From an uncultured Rikenellaceae bacterium (GTDB taxonomy: Bacteria; Bacteroidota; Bacteroidia; Bacteroidales; VadinHA17), in contig CAZWZQ010000006.1 in assembly GCA_964638955.1 (NCBI GenBank), positions 2,400 to 66,399 of the forward strand: a DNA stretch of 64,000 bases, given 5' to 3'. The notes under the pieces were generated by a model. The model made no database searches and was not told the DNA's origin. It saw only the letters and a program-made list of their open reading frames with translations. The position numbers and the translations under genes were made by a program. Positions 1-7,764 of this stretch are shown here, one piece after another. Within the stretch, counting starts at the first letter, position 1. Each line of letters starts with the position of its first letter.

Positions 1-421
1 TAAAGATCTCTTTACGTCGCTCGGGTAATTGATTGACTAATTCAGTTATATATTGATATAGTGAATCATAAGTAATTTTCTGCGAAGTCTGCATATCCAG
101 ATCAGGATTTATTCCGGTTTTAAAATATTCAGATAAATAAGCTTTGGTCCTGAAATGTTTTCTGATAATGTTTAAGGCAATTGCAAATAGGAATGATTTA
201 AAAGACAGTTCCTCTTTAAGATCTGAATGTTTCTCCCAGATTTTTGTAAAGACTTCCTGAACCAGTTCTTCTGCCTCATCTTCAGATTTTAAATACCCCA
301 ATGCAAAACGGTACAGACGGTTACTATATTTCCTGAACAGAGTGTTAAAGGCTAACAGGTTACCTTTTGATAATTGTTTTACCAGTAATCGTTCATCATC
401 ATATATTTTAGGGCTTTGCAT
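1..421 (-). CDS. ECF-type RNA polymerase sigma-70 factor, N-terminal part (C-terminus lies beyond the left edge)
   Basis: My translation of the minus strand from the ATG at 421-419 gives MQSPKIYDDERLLVKQLSKGNLLAFNTLFRKYSNRLYRFALGYLKSEDEAEELVQEVFTKIWEKH..., a typical sigma-70 region 2. The frame stays open to position 1. It is absent from the ORF track because it is truncated at the edge. Confidence 0.8.
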   Translation of the reverse strand, partial: MQSPKIYDDERLLVKQLSKGNLLAFNTLFRKYSNRLYRFALGYLKSEDEAEELVQEVFTKIWEKHSDLKEELSFKSFLFAIALNIIRKHFRTKAYLSEYFKTGINPDLDMQTSQKITYDSLYQYITELVNQLPERRKEIF

Positions 422-803
422 CCTGAAGAGTCTTTTGAATCAGAATATATTTATCATGTCAATTTTAAAAGAAAAAAACAAATCAATCTGTCAATTAACT
501 GTTTATGATTATGGAAAAATAACGTATAAATTTCTAAACGTCTGTTTATAACGTTAAAAGTATGAAAAAAATGCAGGATATTAAAAGATAAAGTATTTTT
601 CCATATCCGGCATTTAAATATTACCGGAGTTTCCTCAAATATTGATGGTTAAACCAATATGATGCCGATATAATGTAGCATTAAGAATTTTAGTAAGTGA
701 AAGTTATTCAAAAATAGAGTTACCTTAAAAAAATTGCGTCCAAATTACAAATTTGGCAGTTAGTCAAACCCATAAAATGCTTATGGAGGCAAATTCTTTA
801 TTA

Positions 804-817
804 TTGAACCGGTTCAA
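804..817. promoter_or_regulatory. Perfect 14-bp palindrome TTGAACCGGTTCAA (TTGA-N6-TCAA, CRP/FNR-like half-site geometry)
   Basis: Read directly from the sequence. It lies in a 520-bp non-coding gap between the ECF sigma gene start and a gene remnant. No regulator can be assigned. Confidence 0.25.
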
Positions 818-939
818 GATGTAATATAATAAATCTTCAGGGACTATTTCAAAAAATCCTGGCAAAGTTAAAAAGCGATTAGTGAAGAAGATGATTTTCG
901 GAATACAGCCAGACAGGCAAAGGCAGAGCGCATTGATCG

Positions 940-1272
940 TCATGTAGAGCTGAGGAAACTCAAGAATCCTGAGATTTCAACAACAGGTTTTTCACCATGG
1001 GTATCCTCGTCCCTGAGCTTAATTTCAATCACCTTTTCCTCGCCGGGCATCAGTGATACATAATTATCGCTGTAGAATACCGGCAGAATGCGTTCTCCGC
1101 TGCTCTTTCCAATAACCTTGAGCTTAACCATAAGAACAAGTGTCTCTGCAGTGTTTTTCAAAGTGGTGGTCAACAGCCATTCATCACCTGATTTTTTAAC
1201 AGCCGTGCTGTTATTAAGGTCTACCTTTGGCAGATCGCCGAGAGCCTGGTAGTTGCCGTCTTCAATTCCGCG
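940..1272 (-). pseudogene. Remnant of a glycoside hydrolase (GH2-like) C-terminal Ig-like domain
   Basis: The stop-to-stop frame reads RGIEDGNYQALGDLPKVDLNNSTAVKKSGDEWLLTTTLKNTAETLVLMVKLKVIGKSSGERILPVFYSDNYVSLMPGEEKVIEIKL.... The VFYSDNYVSLMPGEE block is typical of the last domain of large beta-mannosidase/glucosaminidase-type enzymes. There is no ATG (only a TTG), no catalytic domain upstream, and an in-frame stop at 1273-1275. Confidence 0.5.
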
Positions 1273-1333
1273 CTAATAATAATTCTCTGAGATGATCTTC
1301 AGAATGAATCAGAGAAACTGAAAAGCACATTAC

Positions 1334-1804
1334 TTATTTTGACAGCACAGGTATCTGTCTGTTAATTGATTCTTCAAGAGAGATGAGGGTTTCGGTACGG
1401 AGTATGCCGGGTATATTTTGGATCTTGTCGCTCAAAATATTTTTCAGGTGTTCATTATCTCTTGCATATACTTTTATAAAGAGAGAATAGTTACCCGTAG
1501 TATAGTGACATTCAATTATTTCCGGCACATCCTGGAATTTTTTCACTACATCATGGAATTGTCCCGGACGTTCGAGGAAAATACCGATATAAGCGCATGT
1601 TTTAAATCCGACAAGTACCGGGTCGACCTTAAATTCTGATCCCCTTATAACGCCAATACGGATTAGGCGTTGTACCCGCTGGTGTATTGCAGCACCTGAT
1701 ACACCGCATTCCCTGGCCACCTCCAGGTATGGTATCCTGGCATTTTTTGTTATAATATCCAGGATCTTCCTGTCGAGATCATCTATCTGTAAATTATCTG
1801 TCAT
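1334..1804 (-). CDS. Lrp/AsnC family transcriptional regulator
   Basis: 156 aa. It has an N-terminal HTH (LDRKILDIITKNARIPYLEVARECGVSGAAIHQRVQRL) followed by an AsnC-type ligand-binding domain. ATG start. Confidence 0.9.
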   Translation of the reverse strand: MTDNLQIDDLDRKILDIITKNARIPYLEVARECGVSGAAIHQRVQRLIRIGVIRGSEFKVDPVLVGFKTCAYIGIFLERPGQFHDVVKKFQDVPEIIECHYTTGNYSLFIKVYARDNEHLKNILSDKIQNIPGILRTETLISLEESINRQIPVLSK

Positions 1805-1963
1805 TATAAAATTGATTGATTAATAAAATTATACATTTTGCTTTCTGGACTGAAAAAAATCAAGGAAAAGATAGTTATAATTATCTGGAATTACAAAATA
1901 ATGCGGGATGAGTAAAATAATACTCTGGTGGAATAAAGGTAGATCCCCCCTATAAACTTAAGA

Positions 1964-2875
1964 TTATTTATTTATGTACCCTACAATTTCACTGATATCA
2001 GAAAAACTCTTTCTTTCAAGATACTGTTCAATTCCCTCAAGAATCTTCACTGAAGCCCTGGGATCAATAAAAGAGGCTGTTCCCACCTGTATGGCTGAGG
2101 CACCGGCAAGGAAGAATTCAATAGCATCATCGGCATTCATGATACCGCCTATTCCTATCACCGGGATTTTAACGGCCCTGGCAACCTGCCAGACCATCCT
2201 GAGGGCAACCGGCTTAACAGCAGGACCCGATAATCCGCCGGTAACTGTTGAAATCGATGGTTTCATTTCACTGGCATCGACTGCCATACCCAGGAGCGTG
2301 TTGATAAGGGAAACAGAGTCGGCTCCCTCCTCCTCCGCAATACGGGCAAATTCGACAATATCTGTAACATTCGGGGTGAGCTTAACTATAAGCTTCTTCG
2401 AATATACAGCTCTGACAGCCTTTGTTACACTGCGTGTTGATGCCGGATCTGTCCCAAAGGTCATGCCGCCTTTTTGCACATTGGGACATGATATATTGAG
2501 CTCAATGGCAGGTATTTTGCTCAGCGAGTTAATCCTTTCAGCAAGAGCAACATAGTCTTTAATATAGCTGCCGTTGATATTTACAATTACATTCGTCTTA
2601 TATTTCGAAATACGCGGATAAATCTGTTTTTCAAAAATTTCAATACCCTTGTTCTGCAAGCCAACGGAATTAAGCATTCCTGAAGGGGTTTCAGCCATTC
2701 TGGGCGAAGGATTTCCTTCCCTGGGCTCAAGGGTTGTACCTTTCACAATAATGCCTCCTAAGCGTGAAATATCAATAAAATCGTCAAATTCAGATCCATA
2801 GCCAAAGGTTCCCGAGGCTGTAAGAACCGGATTCTTAAAGTGCAGATCCCCTATATTGAAGCCAAGTTTTACCAT
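1964..2875 (-). CDS. pyrD: Dihydroorotate dehydrogenase, class 1B catalytic subunit
   Basis: 303 aa. Motifs: [22 protein letters not shown] (active-site Cys), [16 protein letters not shown]. It overlaps the upstream pyrK by 7 nt. Confidence 0.95.
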   Translation of the reverse strand: MVKLGFNIGDLHFKNPVLTASGTFGYGSEFDDFIDISRLGGIIVKGTTLEPREGNPSPRMAETPSGMLNSVGLQNKGIEIFEKQIYPRISKYKTNVIVNINGSYIKDYVALAERINSLSKIPAIELNISCPNVQKGGMTFGTDPASTRSVTKAVRAVYSKKLIVKLTPNVTDIVEFARIAEEEGADSVSLINTLLGMAVDASEMKPSISTVTGGLSGPAVKPVALRMVWQVARAVKIPVIGIGGIMNADDAIEFFLAGASAIQVGTASFIDPRASVKILEGIEQYLERKSFSDISEIVGYINK

Positions 2876-3636
2876 ATCAGATCTTTAATATTGAAAACCG
2901 GACCATCGGTACAGGTGCATAGGTTGCCGTTCAGAGTTGAAACGATACAGCACAGACAGGCTCCAATGCCACACCCCATAAGTGTTTCCAATGATACTTC
3001 GCAGTCAATGTCATTCTGCCTGCAATACTCCCCTACTGCCTTCATCATTACCTCAGGACCGCAGCAATAGACCCTGTCATAATTCTGCTCCGATAGTATT
3101 GTATGCTCACTGACAAAACCCTTTTCTCCACGTGATCCATCCTCGGTGGTCAGGAACACTCTTCCCACCTTCATATACTCATCATATTCAATAATACGTT
3201 CACTGTTCCGGAAACCCAGTAATATGTCAGGATGGTGACCGTTTTCATCAAGATATTTACCCATAAATAATAATGGTGCCACACCGCAGCCGCCGCCAAC
3301 CAGAAGTATTCTCTGATTGCTCTCAGGCAGGCTGAATGAATTTCCCAGGGGGTATATGATATTAAGCATATCGCCCTTCTCAAGCTTAGAAAGTGCCTCA
3401 GTCCCTTTTCCGGCTATCTGAATAAGGAACTTCAGAGTATTTTCTCCGTAATTGACGTCATGTATAGAGAAGGGCCTGCGTAAGAAGGTCTCCGGACTCC
3501 CCTTCACTTTTATCTCGGCAAACTGTCCGGGTCGCATCTCAGGTAACTTTTCCTTACACCACAGTTCAAGAATAAAGGAGTCCTTGTTAAGCTTTTGATT
3601 ATTAATTATTTTTAGAGATTCGATGCGTTTACCCAT
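2869..3636 (-). CDS. pyrK: Dihydroorotate dehydrogenase electron-transfer subunit (FAD/2Fe-2S)
   Basis: 255 aa. It has an RRPFSI FAD-binding motif, a [15 protein letters not shown] fold, and a C-terminal cluster CGIGACLCC...C. It is translationally coupled to pyrD. Confidence 0.9.
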   Translation of the reverse strand: MGKRIESLKIINNQKLNKDSFILELWCKEKLPEMRPGQFAEIKVKGSPETFLRRPFSIHDVNYGENTLKFLIQIAGKGTEALSKLEKGDMLNIIYPLGNSFSLPESNQRILLVGGGCGVAPLLFMGKYLDENGHHPDILLGFRNSERIIEYDEYMKVGRVFLTTEDGSRGEKGFVSEHTILSEQNYDRVYCCGPEVMMKAVGEYCRQNDIDCEVSLETLMGCGIGACLCCIVSTLNGNLCTCTDGPVFNIKDLIW

Positions 3637-3762
3637 CTCCTGATGTTTACCGTAAAGATAATTTTATTAGCGAATATCATAAAATTATACAGATATAATT
3701 CATCTGAATCAGAGATATGTACACCTCTGAATCTTTCAAACACATACCTCCCCGACTATAGA

Positions 3763-4191
3763 TCAATCTTTTCCCGGCAGGTATTCATGAAAACTGTTAT
3801 CCGCATAGAACCATACTATTTTTTCAACTTTTTGCTTTTCATCCCTTACCTTATCTCCTGTATTTCTGAGATTCACATCACTAATCTTTTTTTTGGATTC
3901 TTCAACAGGCTGATTTACAACATTATCTGTACTTTTTTCGCTTTCTTTAATATCTTCAAACAGTTTCTGCATCAATTCATCTTTATACATGTTTCCCCTG
4001 CCGAAAAGAAGCCATTCAGTTGATAAAAAAGGGTATTTTTCTAGCATCTTCAACACAAAATCAAGACTGGGCTTGTTTCTACCCGATAATATATGGGATA
4101 TACCTGATGGCTGAACACCTATTTCTTCTGCTAATTGTGCAGAAGTCTTATTTTCTGCTTTTAAAAATTCTATTAATCGTTCTTTCATCAT
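3763..4191 (-). CDS. XRE-family helix-turn-helix transcriptional regulator
   Basis: HTH: KTSAQLAEEIGVQPSGISHILSGRNKPSLDFVLKMLEKYP. I prefer the ATG at 4191 (MMKERLIEF...) over the track start at 4227, whose extra 12 aa look non-native. Confidence 0.8.
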   Translation of the reverse strand: MMKERLIEFLKAENKTSAQLAEEIGVQPSGISHILSGRNKPSLDFVLKMLEKYPFLSTEWLLFGRGNMYKDELMQKLFEDIKESEKSTDNVVNQPVEESKKKISDVNLRNTGDKVRDEKQKVEKIVWFYADNSFHEYLPGKD

Positions 4192-4220
4192 ATAATAATT
4201 TAATTTTAATGGTATGATGG

Positions 4221-4306
4221 AACCCACATGTAGCTGATTATTATAATATGGTGTTTAGCTTCGCTGAGCTCGCAAGCTCGGTTGTGTATGTAAATACATG
4301 TGGGTT
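4221..4306. repeat. 12-bp inverted repeat AACCCACATGTA ... TACATGTGGGTT with an internal GAGCTCGCAAGCTC hairpin
   Basis: The arms are at 4221-4232 and 4295-4306 and are exact reverse complements. The left arm lies about 30 bp upstream of the preferred XRE start. Confidence 0.5.
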
Positions 4307-4325
4307 TCATAGAAATAATTTGTTT

Positions 4326-4732
4326 TCACAAATGTAAACCTTTAATTCGTTACACATGTAATTCTTTACCATTACATGTGTAAACATTGGCTTAATTACT
4401 CGGACTGGTAATATAATACTAAGTTTTAACAGCCTGATATTCAGTGCCTTAAAAGTGTAAATATTTCATGTTTTACTGGCGTTTAGACTTGTTATATTCT
4501 GGTATACAATCTATTATGGTCTGTTTCTAAAGATTTTACAGTAATAACTTCATTTTTAGCTCTTTATTCTTATAGTCTGATGCAAAATAATATATATAAT
4601 CATACTGATTTATAATATATTATAAAATTATAAATTTTTATTAAATATAAATTACATCTGTAACATTAATATGTACTATTTATTGATTACATCTGTAAAT
4701 AATGAACTATTTAAGGCTATTTACAAATGTAA
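4326..4732. promoter_or_regulatory. Array of six 12-bp palindromic sites TTACA-N2-TGTAA (candidate operator array)
   Basis: Sites: 4326-4337 TCACAAATGTAA (1 mismatch), 4350-4361 TTACACATGTAA, 4372-4383 TTACATGTGTAA, 4652-4663 TTACATCTGTAA, 4687-4698 TTACATCTGTAA, 4721-4732 TTACAAATGTAA. They form two triplets about 280 bp apart inside a 690-bp ORF-free AT-rich gap. Confidence 0.6.
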
Positions 4733-4933
4733 ATCCGAGCCATTATTGTAATTTTGTTAGGGTTAACTTATATTAATACATTAACTTCGTCAGGATTAAT
4801 TTTTCAGAACTCGTCCTCCACTCTCTATTGAAATATTCAATTCTCACTGAATATATGAAAAAGAAAAAAATCTCCGGTTTGAGAGGAATTATCATATAGT
4901 TTATTTTTCTTTAGAAAATAATTGAATCTTTCA

Positions 4934-6169
4934 ATGGTGAAGAAAAAATTTTCGATTGCTCTGCATTACCAGATCCTTATAATGCTGATTGCCGGAGGTT
5001 TCTTTGGTTTTTATTTCCCCTCAGCCACTTCCTATACCAACTGGATGGGAGAAATATTTCTCAGAGGCCTTAATATGATAATAATCCCGTTGATCCTTTG
5101 CTCCATAACCACAGGTGTTGCAAGTGTCGGCAGCAGCGGCAACCTGGGCAGACTTGGCTTTAAAACGCTGGGTTATTATGTTTTTTCAACATTTGCAGCA
5201 ATTGTAACCGGATTTGTTTTTGTCTCGATACTGAAGCCGGGAGTAGGTGCAGAACTCGGATTTCAGGCGCCTGTGGAAGAAATTGCTGCTGCCACGGACA
5301 ACTTCGGCAGGACACTTATAAAGATAGTCCCCACTAATATTTTCGAGGCAATGGTCCAGGGACAAATGCTTTCGATCATATTCTTTGCCATACTTTTCGG
5401 GTATTTTATAACCCGGGTCAGTGAGAAATCGAGTCAAATGCTTACTGGTTTCATTAATTCTGCCCTTGAGGTTATAATGAAATTAACCCTGTTTGTGATA
5501 AAATTCACACCAATAGGTATTTTCAGCATCACTGCAAAGGTAATTGCGCAGCAGGTGGAAATGGGAAACAATATCAGCGAAGTTATAAGCCGCCTGGGAA
5601 TCTATTTCATCGTTGTGATGCTTGGATTACTGGTTCATGCCTTTGTTACTCTTCCTTTATCGGTAAGAATCCTGGGAAAAGCCAATCCGCTGAAACACTT
5701 CAGAAATATGGCAACTCCGCTGCTCACTGCCTTTTCAACCTCATCATCGAACGCAACACTTCCTCTTACCATGGAAGCTGTGGAAGAAAAAGACGGTGTT
5801 TCCAATAAAATAGCAAGCTTTACCCTGCCGCTGGGCGCTACCATCAATATGAACGGAACGGCATTGTATGAGTGTGTGGCTGTGATGTTTATCGCCCAGG
5901 CATACGGAGTTGATCTCACTATCGGACAACAGCTGGTGATGATCTTTACTGCACTTCTTGCTGCAATAGGGGCTGCAGGCATTCCCATGGCCGGCCTGGT
6001 AATGATGGCTGTGGTTCTGAATGCTGTCGGCCTTCCTCTTGAGGGCATAGGACTGATCCTTGCCGTTGACCGTATTCTTGACATGTTCAGAACGGCAGTA
6101 AACGTATATGGAGACTCCTGCTGTGCAGTTATTGTTGCAAAATCGGAAGGCGAAAATTTAAGTATTTAA
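4934..6169 (+). CDS. Dicarboxylate/amino acid:cation symporter (DAACS/GltP family)
   Basis: About 411 aa and polytopic. Motifs: FSTSSSNATLPLT and GATINMNGTALYE, which are typical of glutamate/aspartate or serine/threonine sodium symporters. I prefer the ATG at 4934 over the TTG at 4922. Confidence 0.9.
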   Translation: MVKKKFSIALHYQILIMLIAGGFFGFYFPSATSYTNWMGEIFLRGLNMIIIPLILCSITTGVASVGSSGNLGRLGFKTLGYYVFSTFAAIVTGFVFVSILKPGVGAELGFQAPVEEIAAATDNFGRTLIKIVPTNIFEAMVQGQMLSIIFFAILFGYFITRVSEKSSQMLTGFINSALEVIMKLTLFVIKFTPIGIFSITAKVIAQQVEMGNNISEVISRLGIYFIVVMLGLLVHAFVTLPLSVRILGKANPLKHFRNMATPLLTAFSTSSSNATLPLTMEAVEEKDGVSNKIASFTLPLGATINMNGTALYECVAVMFIAQAYGVDLTIGQQLVMIFTALLAAIGAAGIPMAGLVMMAVVLNAVGLPLEGIGLILAVDRILDMFRTAVNVYGDSCCAVIVAKSEGENLSI

Positions 6170-6243
6170 GTATTTAGCGGTTTACTCAATCGGGCGATTA
6201 ATTCCCACTGAGAATAACAAATACCCTGTGATATAATAAGGAT

Positions 6244-6272
6244 AAAGGAATTTAATAAATGTATTCCTTTTT
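6244..6272. terminator. Stem-loop between convergent genes (likely bidirectional intrinsic terminator)
   Basis: AAAGGAAT (6244-6251) pairs with ATTCCTTT (6263-6270) and is followed by Ts. It is flanked by the stops of the transporter (+) and the beta-barrel gene (-). Confidence 0.5.
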
Positions 6273-6867
6273 AAAAAGTGAAGCTAACGCGTATCTCCGG
6301 ATTGCCGTAAATATCATATCCTGAATCATTTAACGTCCATAACACCATCATATTAATGGCCCCTCTTCTGCCAAGCGGCTGGCTTATCCCTCCTCCAGCC
6401 AGAAGAGTATTGACAGAAAACCTGTCAGACGTATAGGGCGGATTCTTCCAGAAGGCAGACTCGAGGCTCAGAAATTCATCTTCTGCATGCAGGAAGATAC
6501 CCATATTGAGACCGATGGGTATTATTGAATTTATATCCCTGATAAGGACAATCTGGGTATATCCCCTGCCCCCGTAAATACTCGTTCGTCCTATTGGATC
6601 TTTATAGAACTTGTAATCAGGACCAGCAGCCACTGCTAGCCTGGGTAATACCCACAGACCCATAATCGGAGAGGCTTCTATATTCGTTATGGTCCCAAAC
6701 TGTAATCCAAAACTTCCTCCAAAAAAGAGCCTCTCTTTCAGTGGCGGAACTTCACTGCTGCTCCTCTGGGCTGATGTCTCCGGGACTGCAATAAATACCA
6801 GGCTCAGATTTATCAATATAACATAACATATTTTCTTTAAATCCGTCCTGTAATGATTGAGAGTCAT
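6271..6867 (-). CDS. Hypothetical outer-membrane beta-barrel protein
   Basis: 198 aa. It has an N-terminal hydrophobic signal ending ...ETSAQ, alternating Gly/aromatic beta-strand-like segments, and a C-terminal ...RVSFTF ending in Phe. Confidence 0.55.
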   Translation of the reverse strand: MTLNHYRTDLKKICYVILINLSLVFIAVPETSAQRSSSEVPPLKERLFFGGSFGLQFGTITNIEASPIMGLWVLPRLAVAAGPDYKFYKDPIGRTSIYGGRGYTQIVLIRDINSIIPIGLNMGIFLHAEDEFLSLESAFWKNPPYTSDRFSVNTLLAGGGISQPLGRRGAINMMVLWTLNDSGYDIYGNPEIRVSFTF

Positions 6868-6880
6868 GTCTACATTTTTG

Positions 6881-6888
6881 TAACTTTG
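6881..6888 (+). promoter_or_regulatory. Bacteroidota -7 promoter motif TAACTTTG (TAnnTTTG)
   Basis: Exact match to the consensus, 57 nt upstream of the SDR gene ATG. Confidence 0.45.
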
Positions 6889-6944
6889 AAGTAGCGATTA
6901 CAAATAAACGAAAAAAACTAACCTTTTAATATACCCGTACTGAA

Positions 6945-7640
6945 ATGAACATCATTGTTAACGGAGGAACAAGAGGCATAGGAAAGGAAATAGTCCTTCT
7001 GCTGGCAAAAGAGAATAGTAACCGGGTCATTGTGACAGGAAGAAACAGCGTTGCATTAAAAGAGATGGCTGAAGCGGCTGAAAATAAGAATATTTTCACT
7101 TATACACTTGATATAGCGGCTTTTGAAGATTATAAGAAATCTTTTATTGATGCCGTAACCGGTTGTTTTGAGGGTATTGATATTTTGATAAACAATGCGG
7201 GTTACCTGGTTCACAGGGATTTCATGAATTTTGACAAAGAAGAGGCCAGGAAGCTTATGGAGATCAATTTCTTTGGTCCCGCTTCAGTAATTCGTCTCCT
7301 GCAGCCAATGATGAAGAGAGGTTCTCACATTGTAAATATCTCGAGCATGGGAGGTTTCCAGGGGAGTTCAAAATATAGGGGTATGTCATATTACAGTGCC
7401 TCGAAAGCGGCTCTTTCATGCCTCTCGGAGTGTCTTGCCGGAGAATTTCGTGAAGCAGGCATTGCTGTCAATTGCCTGGCTTTAGGATCGGTACAGACAG
7501 AGATGTTCGAAGAGGCTTTTCCGGGTCTCAAAGCCCCCGTAACTGCAAAGGAAATGGCAAAATTCATCACTGACTTTGCATTGAACGGGAATAAGTTCTT
7601 TAACGGAAAGGTGCTGCCTGTGGCGTTTAGTGATCCGTGA
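6945..7640 (+). CDS. SDR-family short-chain dehydrogenase/reductase
   Basis: 231 aa. Motifs: GGTRGIGKE (TGxxxGxG-like), NNAG, and the catalytic YSASK. Confidence 0.9.
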   Translation: MNIIVNGGTRGIGKEIVLLLAKENSNRVIVTGRNSVALKEMAEAAENKNIFTYTLDIAAFEDYKKSFIDAVTGCFEGIDILINNAGYLVHRDFMNFDKEEARKLMEINFFGPASVIRLLQPMMKRGSHIVNISSMGGFQGSSKYRGMSYYSASKAALSCLSECLAGEFREAGIAVNCLALGSVQTEMFEEAFPGLKAPVTAKEMAKFITDFALNGNKFFNGKVLPVAFSDP

Positions 7641-7649
7641 TGAAATGTA

Positions 7650-7703
7650 CCCTCCCTCCTGGGGGAGAGCCTGTCCTGCTGCGGCGGGAGGTTGGAGAGA
7701 GGT
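7650..7703 (+). repeat. GC-rich structured intergenic element, copy A
   Basis: Sequence: CCCTCCCTCCTGGGGGAGAGCCTGTCCTGCTGCGGCGGGAGGTTGGAGAGAGGT. It shares its ends and a central hairpin (7674-7689) with copies at 16059-16150 and 22230-22282. It starts 10 nt after the SDR stop. Confidence 0.7.
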
Positions 7704-7734
7704 CTATTAAATAAAGGAGGGAAATTAGTATATG

Positions 7735-7764
7735 ATGTTTATGTTTATGTTTATGTTTATGTTT
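7735..7764. repeat. Hexanucleotide tandem repeat (ATGTTT)x5
   Basis: Five perfect units that abut the buk stop codon (TTA at 7763-7765 on the + strand). Confidence 0.95.

Noticed and set aside
342-551. 69-aa + strand ORF
   Set aside because: Its first third is antisense to the ECF sigma gene start and the rest lies in AT-rich spacer. It starts at a non-ATG codon (GTG) and has no features.
1974-2555. 193-aa ORF antisense to pyrD
   Set aside because: It is fully nested opposite a confidently identified gene. The peptide is low-complexity Ser/Ala/Thr/Ile-rich, typical of antisense frames. The same reasoning applies to 3171-3383 opposite pyrK.
3763-4227. Longer N-terminal extension of the XRE regulator (track start at 4227)
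   Set aside because: The extra residues MGSIIPLKLNYY precede a typical MKERL... start and would overlap the left arm of the inverted repeat. I prefer the ATG at 4191.
4228-4933. Possibility that the long AT-rich repeat-bearing spacer is the chromosomal replication origin
   Set aside because: I found no good DnaA boxes (TTATCCACA / TGTGGATAA or one-mismatch variants). The repeated motif is TTACA-N2-TGTAA instead. Neither dnaA nor dnaN is adjacent.
5635-6084. 149-aa ORF antisense to the DAACS transporter
   Set aside because: This is the shadow frame of a GC-richer membrane-protein gene. It is Arg/Ala/Pro-rich with no motif.
7641-7715. Mini-ORFs reading through the GC-rich elements. A: MKCTLPPGGEPVLLRREVGERSIK. 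B from 16046: MQKDPLLGDRNVVEIPR. C from 22212: MIICIIPLLGEPVPTGRSGGQGWVIKYENFS.
   Set aside because: The shared ...P-L-L-G-E... segment is in the same frame in all three, which is curious. However, the peptides diverge right after the conserved nucleotide block, the lengths differ, and copy C runs into the queA start. Nucleotide- or structure-level conservation explains the data better than coding.
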